Shown in pieces: positions 17,975-26,577 of a DNA stretch of 34,166 bases. The translations under genes and the position numbers were made by a program. The notes beneath the pieces are model-generated. The model saw only the letters and a program-made list of their open reading frames with translations, ran no database searches and was not told where the DNA came from. Source of the stretch: a virus (taxonomy: Duplodnaviria; Caudoviricetes); IMG/VR virus record IMGVR_UViG_3300045003_000152, positions 1 to 34,166 of that record; one strand, written 5' to 3'. Positions within the stretch are counted from its first letter, which is position 1. Every line of letters begins with the position of its first letter.

Positions 17975-18424
17975 CTATTGCGATAAAGATACGAGGACGA
18001 TTTCCGCGATCCGATCGACATCGACATCGGCAAGGCCGAGCAATTCTCGCGCGGGATACTGCACGATTGGACCGTCGCGCTGCACCCGATCGCGCAGGCC
18101 ATCTTGATGGACGCGCGCGATGCGCTCGACGTCGCGCGTGAAATGCAGCACCGACGCGTCGGCGCTCGAGGTGGTCTTGAGGAAGCGGGACGTGCGCAGC
18201 TTGGCGAACATCGCGCGCCGGATGCTGCCTTTCTTGCGCCGCGCCTGCGGCTTGCGCGGCGCATAGCGGCTGCCGTCCGGGTTGCGCGCTTCGGCGATGC
18301 GACGCGACTGGCGCCGTCGCAGCTCCGCCGCAAGCTCTTTCGCCAAGCGCGCACGCTGCGCGCTCGTGAGCTGGCCGAGCAGGCCCGAGGCCCATTCCTC
18401 GACGCGGGACAGGCGATCGGCCAT
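17975..18424 (-). CDS. S: Tail completion protein gpS
   Basis: RRIAEARNPDGSRYAPRK...MFAKLR...IARVHQDG...YPARELLG. Confidence 0.93.
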   Translation of the reverse strand: MADRLSRVEEWASGLLGQLTSAQRARLAKELAAELRRRQSRRIAEARNPDGSRYAPRKPQARRKKGSIRRAMFAKLRTSRFLKTTSSADASVLHFTRDVERIARVHQDGLRDRVQRDGPIVQYPARELLGLADVDVDRIAEIVLVSLSQ

Positions 18425-18834
18425 CACGTCCCCGCGATCGGCGGCTCGCCGAAGTGCCGAATCTCGTAGCCGTCCGGCCGCTCGGTAACACCGACGCGCT
18501 CGGTCAGCTTCAGCAGGATCTCGACGTCCGATTTCCCGTTGTCGAGCAGCTCTGCCTGGAACTTGAATCCGTCGCGGCACAGATCCCGATTCAGCAGCAG
18601 CTCGGGCTGGTGAACCTTCAGCCAGGCGATGATCGGTACGATCAGATGATCCGAATGGCCCGCGTAGTCCGTTACGACGATGTCGAGCGTATACGCATAC
18701 TCGAACGAAAGCGATTGCGCTGCGGTGACGGCGATCGACCCGTGTTCGATGAAGAGGTGCAGCCGATCCGGGTTGCGCGCGAACTCGGGCAGGGCGGCCG
18801 TGAGCGCCGCGCGCAGGCTGTTCGGTTTGTTCAC
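18424..18834 (-). CDS. R: Tail completion protein gpR
   Basis: MNKPNSLRAAL...SLSFEYAYTL...LTERV (GTG start). Confidence 0.93.
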   Translation of the reverse strand: MNKPNSLRAALTAALPEFARNPDRLHLFIEHGSIAVTAAQSLSFEYAYTLDIVVTDYAGHSDHLIVPIIAWLKVHQPELLLNRDLCRDGFKFQAELLDNGKSDVEILLKLTERVGVTERPDGYEIRHFGEPPIAGT

Positions 18835-19322
18835 GGCGCCTCCTGCTCGACGTCGCGCACGCGCGCCTGCAGCGCGATCAGCTGCTCGGCGTTTTCGTGG
18901 CAGGTGGTGTAGTTGCCGGCGACGGTTGCGGCGACGGCAGAGAGCGTAACGCCCGCGGCGGCCGCATCAGCGCTTCCGGGATCGCCCACCGGCACGTTGG
19001 CGGCTGCTGCGTCGTGCACGCGCACAAAGCCGACAGGAACAACGCAGGCACGATCCGCTTCGCGGTCCACATAAACGGGAACCTCCTTGACGATGGTGTC
19101 GCCCTTCTCGCGGACGACCTGGACACGATCAACGTACTGCGTGACGACCTTGACATCGCGGCGCGCTGCGTCGCGCTCTGCCGTCCGATCGCGCACGTCA
19201 CGTTCGAGCGCGTCGACGCGCTGGCCGGCGCTGATCAGACGGGCATGCTGGATAGCGATGACGGCGGCCGCGCCGGCGAGCGCGATCGCGCCGGCGACGA
19301 AGATGCGGGTGCTGATGGTCAT
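18831..19322 (-). CDS. Inner-membrane spanin (Rz/LysB-like)
   Basis: N-terminal TM, coiled coil, VTQYVDRVQVVREKG; follows endolysin. Confidence 0.85.
   Translation of the reverse strand: MTISTRIFVAGAIALAGAAAVIAIQHARLISAGQRVDALERDVRDRTAERDAARRDVKVVTQYVDRVQVVREKGDTIVKEVPVYVDREADRACVVPVGFVRVHDAAAANVPVGDPGSADAAAAGVTLSAVAATVAGNYTTCHENAEQLIALQARVRDVEQEAP
18878..19072 (-). CDS. Outer-membrane spanin lipoprotein (Rz1-like), embedded in Rz in another frame
   Basis: MWTAKRIVPALFLSALCAC lipobox followed by a Pro-rich mature part. Confidence 0.75.
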   Translation of the reverse strand: MWTAKRIVPALFLSALCACTTQQPPTCRWAIPEALMRPPRALRSLPSPQPSPATTPPATKTPSS

Positions 19323-20119
19323 GCGGCCACCCGGCTGTAGCGATCGAACGCCCGTTCAAGCTTCACGTCGTACAGGTGCTCTGCGTAAGCCTTGCCGTTG
19401 TACAGCTCGGCGAACTTCGCCCACTTCCGGCCGCGCAGCGCGGCGAGTAGCGCTTTGTCGCCGAGGATGAAGCGCACGAACGCCTCGAGCTGCTCGGCTT
19501 CGCTGACCTTCATCGCGTCGACGAACGCGAACACGTCCGGGTAGCCGAGCGCGTTCCAGTGAAAGCCCATGATTTGGAACGCGCCCCAGCTCGCGGCCTC
19601 GAGCGCGCACGCGGCAGAAATCTGCGACGCGCTTGCCAGGCGCGCATATTCCGCCGCGCCTCCGGCATAGCCGCCGCGCTTCGGATTGACGACGCCCGGA
19701 TACTTTGCCGCGAGCGCGTCTGCGTCCAGGCCGGCGGCCGCGAGCTGGCGATACATCACGTGACGTTCGAACAGGATCACGGGCCGGCCGTCGGGGAGGA
19801 AGCCAGCGCCGCGCGACTCGACTTCGTTCACGGCGCGCACGGCCGCAAGGTCGACCTGCAGGCGATCGGCCGCTCGCTGCAGGTCGGCATCGGTGAGATG
19901 GCGCGGATCGCGCCGGCCGGCCGCGAGCGCGGCCCACGTCTTCGGGCCGGCGATGCCGTCGGCGACCAGGCCGTGCGACGCTTGAAACGCGACCACGGCG
20001 CCGCGCGTCGCGCTGCCGTAGATCGCGTCGGTATCGATGCGCGCGCCGGCGGCGACGAGCTGACGCTGCAGGTACGCGACGTCGGCGCCGTGGTCGCCGA
20101 GGCGAAGGGTCTTATACAT
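19319..20119 (-). CDS. Modular endolysin (PG-binding domain + DUF3380 muramidase)
   Basis: LRLGDHGADVAYLQ...DGIAGPKTW; VESRG...ILFERH...SWGAFQIMGF. Confidence 0.93.
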   Translation of the reverse strand: MYKTLRLGDHGADVAYLQRQLVAAGARIDTDAIYGSATRGAVVAFQASHGLVADGIAGPKTWAALAAGRRDPRHLTDADLQRAADRLQVDLAAVRAVNEVESRGAGFLPDGRPVILFERHVMYRQLAAAGLDADALAAKYPGVVNPKRGGYAGGAAEYARLASASQISAACALEAASWGAFQIMGFHWNALGYPDVFAFVDAMKVSEAEQLEAFVRFILGDKALLAALRGRKWAKFAELYNGKAYAEHLYDVKLERAFDRYSRVAA

Positions 20120-20432
20120 GGCGCCCCCGCGGTTTGAACTGCAGCACGCGCGCGATCAGCGAGTCGCGCGGATTGCCGCGGTGGAACAGTTCGACGACGT
20201 TGCCGCGTACGCCGTACACGGCCAGGCACAGGACGCCGACGAGGACGGTGTCCGCCAGATCCGCCGGCGGCAGCGCGCCGAACGCGGCGCGGATCGGCGC
20301 GGCGCCGGCCGCCACCGCCAGTGCGTAGGCCAGGCACGAAGCGAGCGGTCGGTGAGCGCTCCCGCGCCGGCGAAAGATCACCAGACGCAGCGCGAGCGCG
20401 GCGCACAGCAGCACGTAGACGGCCGTGAGCAT
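20112..20432 (-). CDS. Holin
   Basis: Three hydrophobic segments, RGNV motif, directly upstream of endolysin. Confidence 0.8.
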   Translation of the reverse strand: MLTAVYVLLCAALALRLVIFRRRGSAHRPLASCLAYALAVAAGAAPIRAAFGALPPADLADTVLVGVLCLAVYGVRGNVVELFHRGNPRDSLIARVLQFKPRGRHV

Positions 20433-20806
20433 CACTTGTCCCTCCCCTTGAACACGTTCAACAGCCGGTCGGGCGCGTCGGCCTGGGCGATCAGCCACAG
20501 CAGCAGCTTCACGACGAGCGCGGAGGCGATCAGCGCGCCGATGCCGGCGTGGACCTCGATGCGCGCGGGCAGCACGGCGTCGAGGCCGGCCGCGAAGAGC
20601 TCGGCCGTCAGGCACCCGGCGACGAACGAGATCACGAAGAAGGCGACGCGCTTCGGAATCGACGGATCGGCCGATGTCATCACGAACAGCAGCGAGCCGG
20701 CGAAGGCGCCCATGACGACGTTGGCGTCGACGCCGGGAAACAGCGACAGCGTCGCGACGCCGAGCGCCGCCACCGTCGCGGACGACGTGGAAATAGGTTC
20801 AGCCAT
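20432..20806 (-). CDS. Holin/antiholin-family membrane protein
   Basis: MAEPISTS...GAFAGSLLFV; multi-TM; first gene of lysis cassette. Confidence 0.78.
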   Translation of the reverse strand: MAEPISTSSATVAALGVATLSLFPGVDANVVMGAFAGSLLFVMTSADPSIPKRVAFFVISFVAGCLTAELFAAGLDAVLPARIEVHAGIGALIASALVVKLLLWLIAQADAPDRLLNVFKGRDK

Positions 20807-20808
20807 TC

Positions 20809-21021
20809 TCAGTCCCATAACTGGAGCCGCTCGGCGCCGGATTGCGCCGCTTGCGGTACTTCATCGGGCAGCTCGACGAGCAGCCCGTGAGGCAGGATCG
20901 GGCCGTACTGCGCGAGATCCCGGTTGAGGTCGAGCACCGCTTCGACGACGCCGCGCGTGCGGCCGAGTGCACGCCAGCACAGCGCGTCGACGGTTTCACC
21001 CTGCAGTGCGCGAACGATCAT
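20809..21021 (-). CDS. X: Tail protein gpX (LysM-like)
   Basis: VRALQGETVDALCWR...GPILPHG...LQLWD. Confidence 0.93.
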   Translation of the reverse strand: MIVRALQGETVDALCWRALGRTRGVVEAVLDLNRDLAQYGPILPHGLLVELPDEVPQAAQSGAERLQLWD

Positions 21022-21272
21022 GGTTCGATGCGCCTGCCACGCGGATCAAAAACAGCCACGAGAAACGGCGGGCGTCCGGTCAGCGTGGCAATCGCGAATT
21101 CGGCGTCCTGTTCCGTTTCGAACGATTCTTTCCGCGCATCCCGCCAGCCACGCCACGTTCGCCGCTGAACGCGGTAGCGCTTGACGTGCCGAACGCGGTC
21201 GCGCGGGTCCGGCGCTAGGAGATCCCGTACCAGCAGTTCATCCACGCACACGATGCGATAGGCGCCTTTCAT
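21018..21272 (-). CDS. Hypothetical protein (84 aa), likely paralogue of neighbour
   Basis: MKGAYRIVC...; start/stop overlaps on both sides. Confidence 0.75.
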   Translation of the reverse strand: MKGAYRIVCVDELLVRDLLAPDPRDRVRHVKRYRVQRRTWRGWRDARKESFETEQDAEFAIATLTGRPPFLVAVFDPRGRRIEP

Positions 21273-21514
21273 CAGATCAGCTCCCTGCCGTTGGCGTCGT
21301 AACGTGCGACGAGCAGCGGCTTCAGTGATGCCAGACGGCGTGCGCGCGCTGCGCTGTGCAGCATCAGGGAAGCGGTCTCGCGGTCTCGGCACACGGCGAT
21401 TTCTCGCCAGAACAGCCACGCGACGCGGCGCTGAACCTGAAACGGCGCGGTAATGCGTTGGCCGTTGACGACGCGGTCCTGCGCGAGGCGACGGATTCGG
21501 AACATTGTTCGCAT
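21272..21514 (-). CDS. Hypothetical protein (80 aa)
   Basis: MRTMFRIRR...; TGATG coupling to L and to next gene. Confidence 0.75.
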   Translation of the reverse strand: MRTMFRIRRLAQDRVVNGQRITAPFQVQRRVAWLFWREIAVCRDRETASLMLHSAARARRLASLKPLLVARYDANGRELI

Positions 21515-21990
21515 CAGATGAGCTCCACGGTCACACGTGGCCGACCGACGATGTCGCTGATTGCCCAGCGTGCGTCGCGACGCAGCTCGTCGCTCTGCGG
21601 CTCGAGCTCGTCGGCGCGGCGCGCGCCGTCGGCGGTCGTGTCGTAGTCGCGATACCGCTCGATCAGCGTCGCCTTCGCCAGGCAGTACACGGCGCGCCGG
21701 TAGTGCTGCAGCAGCACGCTTTCGCCGTCGAGCTGGTCGGCCGGCACGTCAGCGAGCCGTGTGATGCTGGCCTCGCGCCACGCCGAGCGAGCGGCACGCA
21801 GCTCGTCGTTGACGCTGGCGATCGCCGCGAGCAGCTCGTGTCGCAGGCGCGCGTCGGTCACGGTGCCGTCGAGGCGCATCGTGTCGCGTGCGTGCTCCAG
21901 CGACACGTCCGGGTAGAACGCATCGTTCGTGATTGGCGGTGCCGGCGTTTCGGACGGCTGCGACAGCGGCGGGGTCGAGACAAAGGACAT
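21514..21990 (-). CDS. L: Head completion protein gpL
   Basis: ITNDAFYPD...YRRAVY...YRDYDTT...TVELI; alternative GTG start at 22005. Confidence 0.92.
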   Translation of the reverse strand: MSFVSTPPLSQPSETPAPPITNDAFYPDVSLEHARDTMRLDGTVTDARLRHELLAAIASVNDELRAARSAWREASITRLADVPADQLDGESVLLQHYRRAVYCLAKATLIERYRDYDTTADGARRADELEPQSDELRRDARWAISDIVGRPRVTVELI

Positions 21991-22093
21991 GGTCGGGTAC
22001 GTCACGTTGAAAGGGTGAGGCGGTGGACGGGGCTTTCGCGCGGACAGCGCCGGCTACGGCCCCGTGCCGCCTGGTGCGCGGGGTCGCTCGGTA

Positions 22094-22780
22094 TCAGCCA
22101 TCGGGGCCGCGCTGGCCCCCGCTGGCAGAGTTCTTCAGCTCGCGCTCGAGCCGCTCGATGTCCTTCTTCACGCCGACGTTCGCAAACAGCTGCAGCGCGC
22201 GGCGCAGGTGGTCGAGTGCATTTGCAGGATGGGACGCCGCCAGCCCGTAGCCGATTGCCTTGTGCAGCTTCGCGCGTACCTCGTCGGGCATGTCCGCCAA
22301 TGCGGTGAGCTGCTCGATGTCCAGCAGCGGCTCAACCTGAATCGGCTCGCTGGAGCGATGCGCGCGCAGCGCGGCCTCGGCGAATTCCTCCACGAGCAGG
22401 CACGGCGTGCTGCGCTTGTACTGGTCGGGCAGCGGAAGGTCGTGTCGCAGCGCGTACGCGCCGATCTCCAGTGCACCGCGGAAGTCGCCGACGTCGACGC
22501 GCCAGACCATGATCGTCATCAGCACGTCGTCGGGCGCGCCGACCGCACCGTCCAGGACGCCCGCGACCCACGCGTCGTACGCCGGCAGGAACTGCCGTTT
22601 CAGGTCGGCCTTGCGCTCGAGCGACTCGACGGCCTTCAGCGCGCGGCGGTGCTCATCGAGCTGCGCCAGCATCAGCGTGTACGCCGAGTCGTCGCGCAGC
22701 CCGCCGACGCTCGCCGGCGTGCCGTGCGCGGCCTTGGCCGCGACGGTGCGCTGGAAGTGTTGGCGGAACGGGTTCGTCAT
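22094..22780 (-). CDS. M: Terminase small (endonuclease) subunit gpM
   Basis: MTNPFRQHF...DMPDEVRAKLHK...GVKKDIERLER. Confidence 0.93.
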   Translation of the reverse strand: MTNPFRQHFQRTVAAKAAHGTPASVGGLRDDSAYTLMLAQLDEHRRALKAVESLERKADLKRQFLPAYDAWVAGVLDGAVGAPDDVLMTIMVWRVDVGDFRGALEIGAYALRHDLPLPDQYKRSTPCLLVEEFAEAALRAHRSSEPIQVEPLLDIEQLTALADMPDEVRAKLHKAIGYGLAASHPANALDHLRRALQLFANVGVKKDIERLERELKNSASGGQRGPDG

Positions 22781-23802
22781 GCGCCACCCGCCGGTGCGTC
22801 CGGCGCCGGATCGGTGTCGACGAAGCGGATGTCCTCGACCACGCAGCCCGCGCCGAATTCCTCGATCACGTACGCATCGTTCGAGCTTTCGAAGTTCTCG
22901 ATGCGATCGCGCTTCGGGTTGTCGATCAGCGCGCGACGGCGCGCACCGATTTGCCAGTACAGCGACAGGTTGTCCAGGCGCGTGATCATCAGTGCGCGCG
23001 GGGGGAAGTACGGCACGCGCACGGCCGGCAGATTGCCGATGCGCTTCTGCGCCGTGATGACGTCCGCGGCGAGCGCTTCGGTCGGCGGCTGATCCTTGTT
23101 CACGACCGGGAAATACTTGTCCTGCAGCAGCTCGCGGCCGCAGATCACGACGAGATTCGGATCCTCGACGTACCACGGCTCAAGCAGTTCGTTGTTCGCG
23201 AGCGTGACGACGGCGTCGAGGTTCTTGAACTGCTCGCCCTTGCCGATCTTCACGCCCGAGAACACGCGTTCCTTCGCGTTGTTGCGGTATTGCTGCAGCC
23301 AGCCGATGTTCACGTCCTGCAACAGCGGGTTCGCCGCGAGATCGGTGTCGGCTGCCGCGCGCACGCCATTCCAGCCGATCATGATCCGGTCGAGCGCCGC
23401 GCGTCGAATGATCGCGTCGCGCAGACGAGCCTGGAAGTCCGGGAACTTCGCCCAGGCGTCGAGGCGCTGATACGTGATGTGCGTGTCGTAGTTCGTCTTC
23501 TCGGCGCGATAGCGTTGGCTGTCGAGCGTCGCGATGTCGCGCGTTTCGCGCTCACGCTTGCTCGTGTCGGTGCGGCTCGCGGACGGCCCCGAAACGCCGA
23601 GACCGACCTTCTCGCCTTCCATCTCGGTCACGCCGATCACGTTGATGCTGTTCAGGAAGGCGCTCGATTCCTGCGTCTTGGTTTCGAGCGTCTGCTGCAC
23701 GGTAGGATCGACCGAAAACTTCACAGTCGCATCGCTGATGCCATTCAGTTCCTGAATGCGCTGGACGAAGCGGGAATAGAGCTCGCGGGTATCGTTCCGC
23801 AT
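22777..23802 (-). CDS. N: Major capsid protein gpN
   Basis: FSVDPTVQQTLE...LDAWAKF...LDRIMIGWNG...NPLLQDVNIGWLQ. Confidence 0.96.
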   Translation of the reverse strand: MRNDTRELYSRFVQRIQELNGISDATVKFSVDPTVQQTLETKTQESSAFLNSINVIGVTEMEGEKVGLGVSGPSASRTDTSKRERETRDIATLDSQRYRAEKTNYDTHITYQRLDAWAKFPDFQARLRDAIIRRAALDRIMIGWNGVRAAADTDLAANPLLQDVNIGWLQQYRNNAKERVFSGVKIGKGEQFKNLDAVVTLANNELLEPWYVEDPNLVVICGRELLQDKYFPVVNKDQPPTEALAADVITAQKRIGNLPAVRVPYFPPRALMITRLDNLSLYWQIGARRRALIDNPKRDRIENFESSNDAYVIEEFGAGCVVEDIRFVDTDPAPDAPAGGA

Positions 23803-23839
23803 GGATTCTCCGTTTAACGAAAATGGGTGATGAGGGCGA

Positions 23840-24661
23840 TCAGCAATCGGTCAGCGCGGCGTTGTCGCCGCCCGTCGACATCGGCCGTTGCTGGCGGTCG
23901 CTGTCGGTGCGCGACAGCTTCTGCACCAGATCGGAATGGCGCCCTTCGGCGTCTTTCAGCGCGCGCTTCACATCGGCGAGCTCGCTGCTGAACTGCTCGA
24001 CCTGGTCGAGCACCTGGCTCTGGCTTTCGGCGACCGCCACGACGGACTGCGACAGGTCGGAGAAGCGCTGATCGTCAGACACTTCCTTGCGATTGAGCAG
24101 GCTGCGGACCTTGGAGAACAGCGAACGCGCGGCTTCACCCGAGCGCGTCGGCGCGTCGTCCTCGAGCTCGATGTCGGCTTCGATCGCTGCGCTGAAGAGG
24201 TTGTCGGGGCGCAGCTTGCGGGTGTCGAACGCGCGGTTCTTCGCGCTGAAGGCGAGCATCTCCGTGCCGAGGCTCGCGGGGTTGTCGGTGACGGCGAGGC
24301 CAACGAGGTACGCCTCGCCGGTGCCGGCGAAGTCCGGATCGACTTCCATCGACGTGTAGACCTTCTGGCGCTGCTCGGTCGTCATCGCAATCAGGTCTTT
24401 CGTCGGCGAGAGCTGCGCGAACAACCGCATCTTTCCGTCCTGCTCTTCGGCCTTCAGCGCGATCACGTCGCCGTACGCGCGGAATGCGCCATCCGGATAG
24501 AGCCCGCGAATGTGTTCCATGTTGATGCGCGCGCCGTATACCGCCGGGTCGTACGTGCGCGCCATCTGTTCGAGCATCGCGCGATCGATCGTGCGCCCGT
24601 CCGTTGTCGCGCCTTCGGTCGCGATCCGGAAAAACTTCGTCTTCTTCGTGTCCTGTGCCAT
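23840..24661 (-). CDS. O: Capsid scaffolding protein/protease gpO
   Basis: KFFRIATEGATTDGR...YLVGLAVTDNPASLGTE...LTDC. Confidence 0.96.
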   Translation of the reverse strand: MAQDTKKTKFFRIATEGATTDGRTIDRAMLEQMARTYDPAVYGARINMEHIRGLYPDGAFRAYGDVIALKAEEQDGKMRLFAQLSPTKDLIAMTTEQRQKVYTSMEVDPDFAGTGEAYLVGLAVTDNPASLGTEMLAFSAKNRAFDTRKLRPDNLFSAAIEADIELEDDAPTRSGEAARSLFSKVRSLLNRKEVSDDQRFSDLSQSVVAVAESQSQVLDQVEQFSSELADVKRALKDAEGRHSDLVQKLSRTDSDRQQRPMSTGGDNAALTDC

Positions 24662-24742
24662 GTGCGAAACCTCTGAGAGGGCGGGGTGCTGTGTTCAGGG
24701 ATTCCAGTGTCGGCAGTTCGAAGCGGTGTAGCAATGAACGTT

Positions 24743-24767
24743 GGTTGTGTGCACAACCGGTACAACC
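24743..24767. promoter_or_regulatory. Ogr-binding dyad between divergent late promoters pO and pP
   Basis: GGTTGT-N13-ACAACC in the O/P intergenic region. Confidence 0.8.
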
Positions 24768-24810
24768 GAAGGCAGTAGGGCTCGCGCGCGCGCGTCGGTA
24801 GCCTTGCTGC

Positions 24811-26577
24811 ATGACTGCACTTCCCATCGATTCATCCGACGTTGATCCACGCCGACGCGCACGCGACCTGTACTGGCAGGGCTATCGAATTGCGCGGATT
24901 GCCGAAATGCTCGGCGAGAAGCCGGCCACGCTCTACAGCTGGAAGCGGCGCGATCGATGGGACGAAACCGAGCCGGTCGATCGTGTCGCGCTGTCGATGG
25001 AAGCGCAGCTGATTCGGCTTGTCGTGAAGGAGAAAAAGGAGGGGCGCGACTTCAAGGAGATCGACCTGCTGACGCGTCAGCTCGACCGGTTGCGCGCACG
25101 GCCGGCGAACGATGCGAAGGTGAGCGACTCCGGAAGTGCGGCCTGCTCGCGCCGTTCGCGCCGCGCGGACGAGCGCAACGCGTTCAGCGATGAGCAGATC
25201 GAGAAGCTCAACGACGCGTTCCTCGAATCGATCTTCGATTATCAGCGCACCTGGTATCGCGCCGGCTTCAAGGAACGGATTCGCAACATCCTGAAGAGCC
25301 GGCAGATCGGCGCGACCTGGTACTTCGCGCGCGAGGCGTTGCTCGACGCGCTGAACACAGGCCGCAATCAAATCTTCCTGTCGGCCAGCAAGGCACAGGC
25401 GCACGTGTTCCGCCAGTACATCGTGCAGTTCGCGAAAGACGCGGTCGACGTCGAGCTGAAGGGCGACCCGATCGTGTTGCCGAACGGTGCGACGCTGTAC
25501 TTCCTCGGCACCAACGCGCGCACTGCGCAGAGCTACCACGGCAACCTGTATTTCGACGAGTACTTCTGGGTGCCGCGCTTCCAGGAGCTGCGCAAGGTCG
25601 CCTCGGGCATGGCGATTCACGACCAGTGGCGGCAGACGTATTTCTCGACGCCGTCGAGCCTCGCGCACGACGCCTATCCGTTCTGGTCGGGCAAGCTGTT
25701 CAACCGTGGCCGGCCGAAAGATCAGCACGTATCGATCGACATTTCGCACGCGGCGCTGGCCGCGGGACGTTCGTGTCAGGACGGCCAGTGGCGCCAGATC
25801 GTCACGGTCGAGGACGCCGTGCGCGGCGGTTGCAACAGCGGGGCGCGGCCGCTCTTCAATCTCGAACGGCTACGACTGGAATACAGCCCCGAGGAATACG
25901 CGAACCTGCTGCTGTGCCAGTTCATCGATGATTCGTTGTCGGTTTTCCCGTTGACGGTGTTGCAGCCGTGCATGGTCGATACGTGGGAGGTGTGGGACGA
26001 CTTCAAGCCGCTGTACCTGCGTCCGTTCGGCGACGAGGAGGTCTGGATCGGCTACGACCCGTCGCATACGGGCGATAGCGCCGGCTGCGTGGTGATTGCG
26101 CCGCCGAAGCGTCCGGGCGGGAAGTTCCGCGTGCTCGAGCGGTTCCAGTGGCACGGTCTGGACTTCGAGGCGCAGGCTGCGCAGATCGAAGCGCTGACGC
26201 GGCGCTATCGCGTGACCTACATCGGCATCGATACGACCGGGATCGGGCAGGGCGTGTATCAGCTCGTCACGAAGTTTTTCCCGGCCGCGACGCCGTTCCA
26301 CTACTCGGTGGAAATCAAGACCGCGCTGGTGATGAAGGCGCAGAACGTGATTCGCAAGGGCCGGCTCGAGTTCGACGCCGGCTGGAACGATCTCGCCGCG
26401 TCATTCATGGCGATCAAGAAAACCATCACGCCCAGCGGCCTGCAGGTCACGTACAAGGCGAGCCGCTCGGAAGAAGCGAGCCACGGCGATCTCGCCTGGG
26501 CGTGCATGCACGCGCTGGCGAACGAGCCGCTCGAAGGGGCGACTGCCACCAATACCGGATTCATGGAGATTTTCTGA
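24811..26577 (+). CDS. P: Terminase large (ATPase) subunit gpP
   Basis: ARDLYWQG...LKSRQIGATWYFA...LYFDEYFW...GYDP...HGDLAWA. Confidence 0.96.
   Translation: MTALPIDSSDVDPRRRARDLYWQGYRIARIAEMLGEKPATLYSWKRRDRWDETEPVDRVALSMEAQLIRLVVKEKKEGRDFKEIDLLTRQLDRLRARPANDAKVSDSGSAACSRRSRRADERNAFSDEQIEKLNDAFLESIFDYQRTWYRAGFKERIRNILKSRQIGATWYFAREALLDALNTGRNQIFLSASKAQAHVFRQYIVQFAKDAVDVELKGDPIVLPNGATLYFLGTNARTAQSYHGNLYFDEYFWVPRFQELRKVASGMAIHDQWRQTYFSTPSSLAHDAYPFWSGKLFNRGRPKDQHVSIDISHAALAAGRSCQDGQWRQIVTVEDAVRGGCNSGARPLFNLERLRLEYSPEEYANLLLCQFIDDSLSVFPLTVLQPCMVDTWEVWDDFKPLYLRPFGDEEVWIGYDPSHTGDSAGCVVIAPPKRPGGKFRVLERFQWHGLDFEAQAAQIEALTRRYRVTYIGIDTTGIGQGVYQLVTKFFPAATPFHYSVEIKTALVMKAQNVIRKGRLEFDAGWNDLAASFMAIKKTITPSGLQVTYKASRSEEASHGDLAWACMHALANEPLEGATATNTGFMEIF

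Noticed and set aside
25837-25851. Possible 5-aa insertion (SGARP) in the terminase after GGCN
   Set aside because: In-frame and probably a loop variant; cannot be confirmed without an alignment.
26148-26576. N-terminal extension of the portal (493-aa ORF)
   Set aside because: Overlaps gpP; the coupled start at 26577 gives a normal 350-aa portal.
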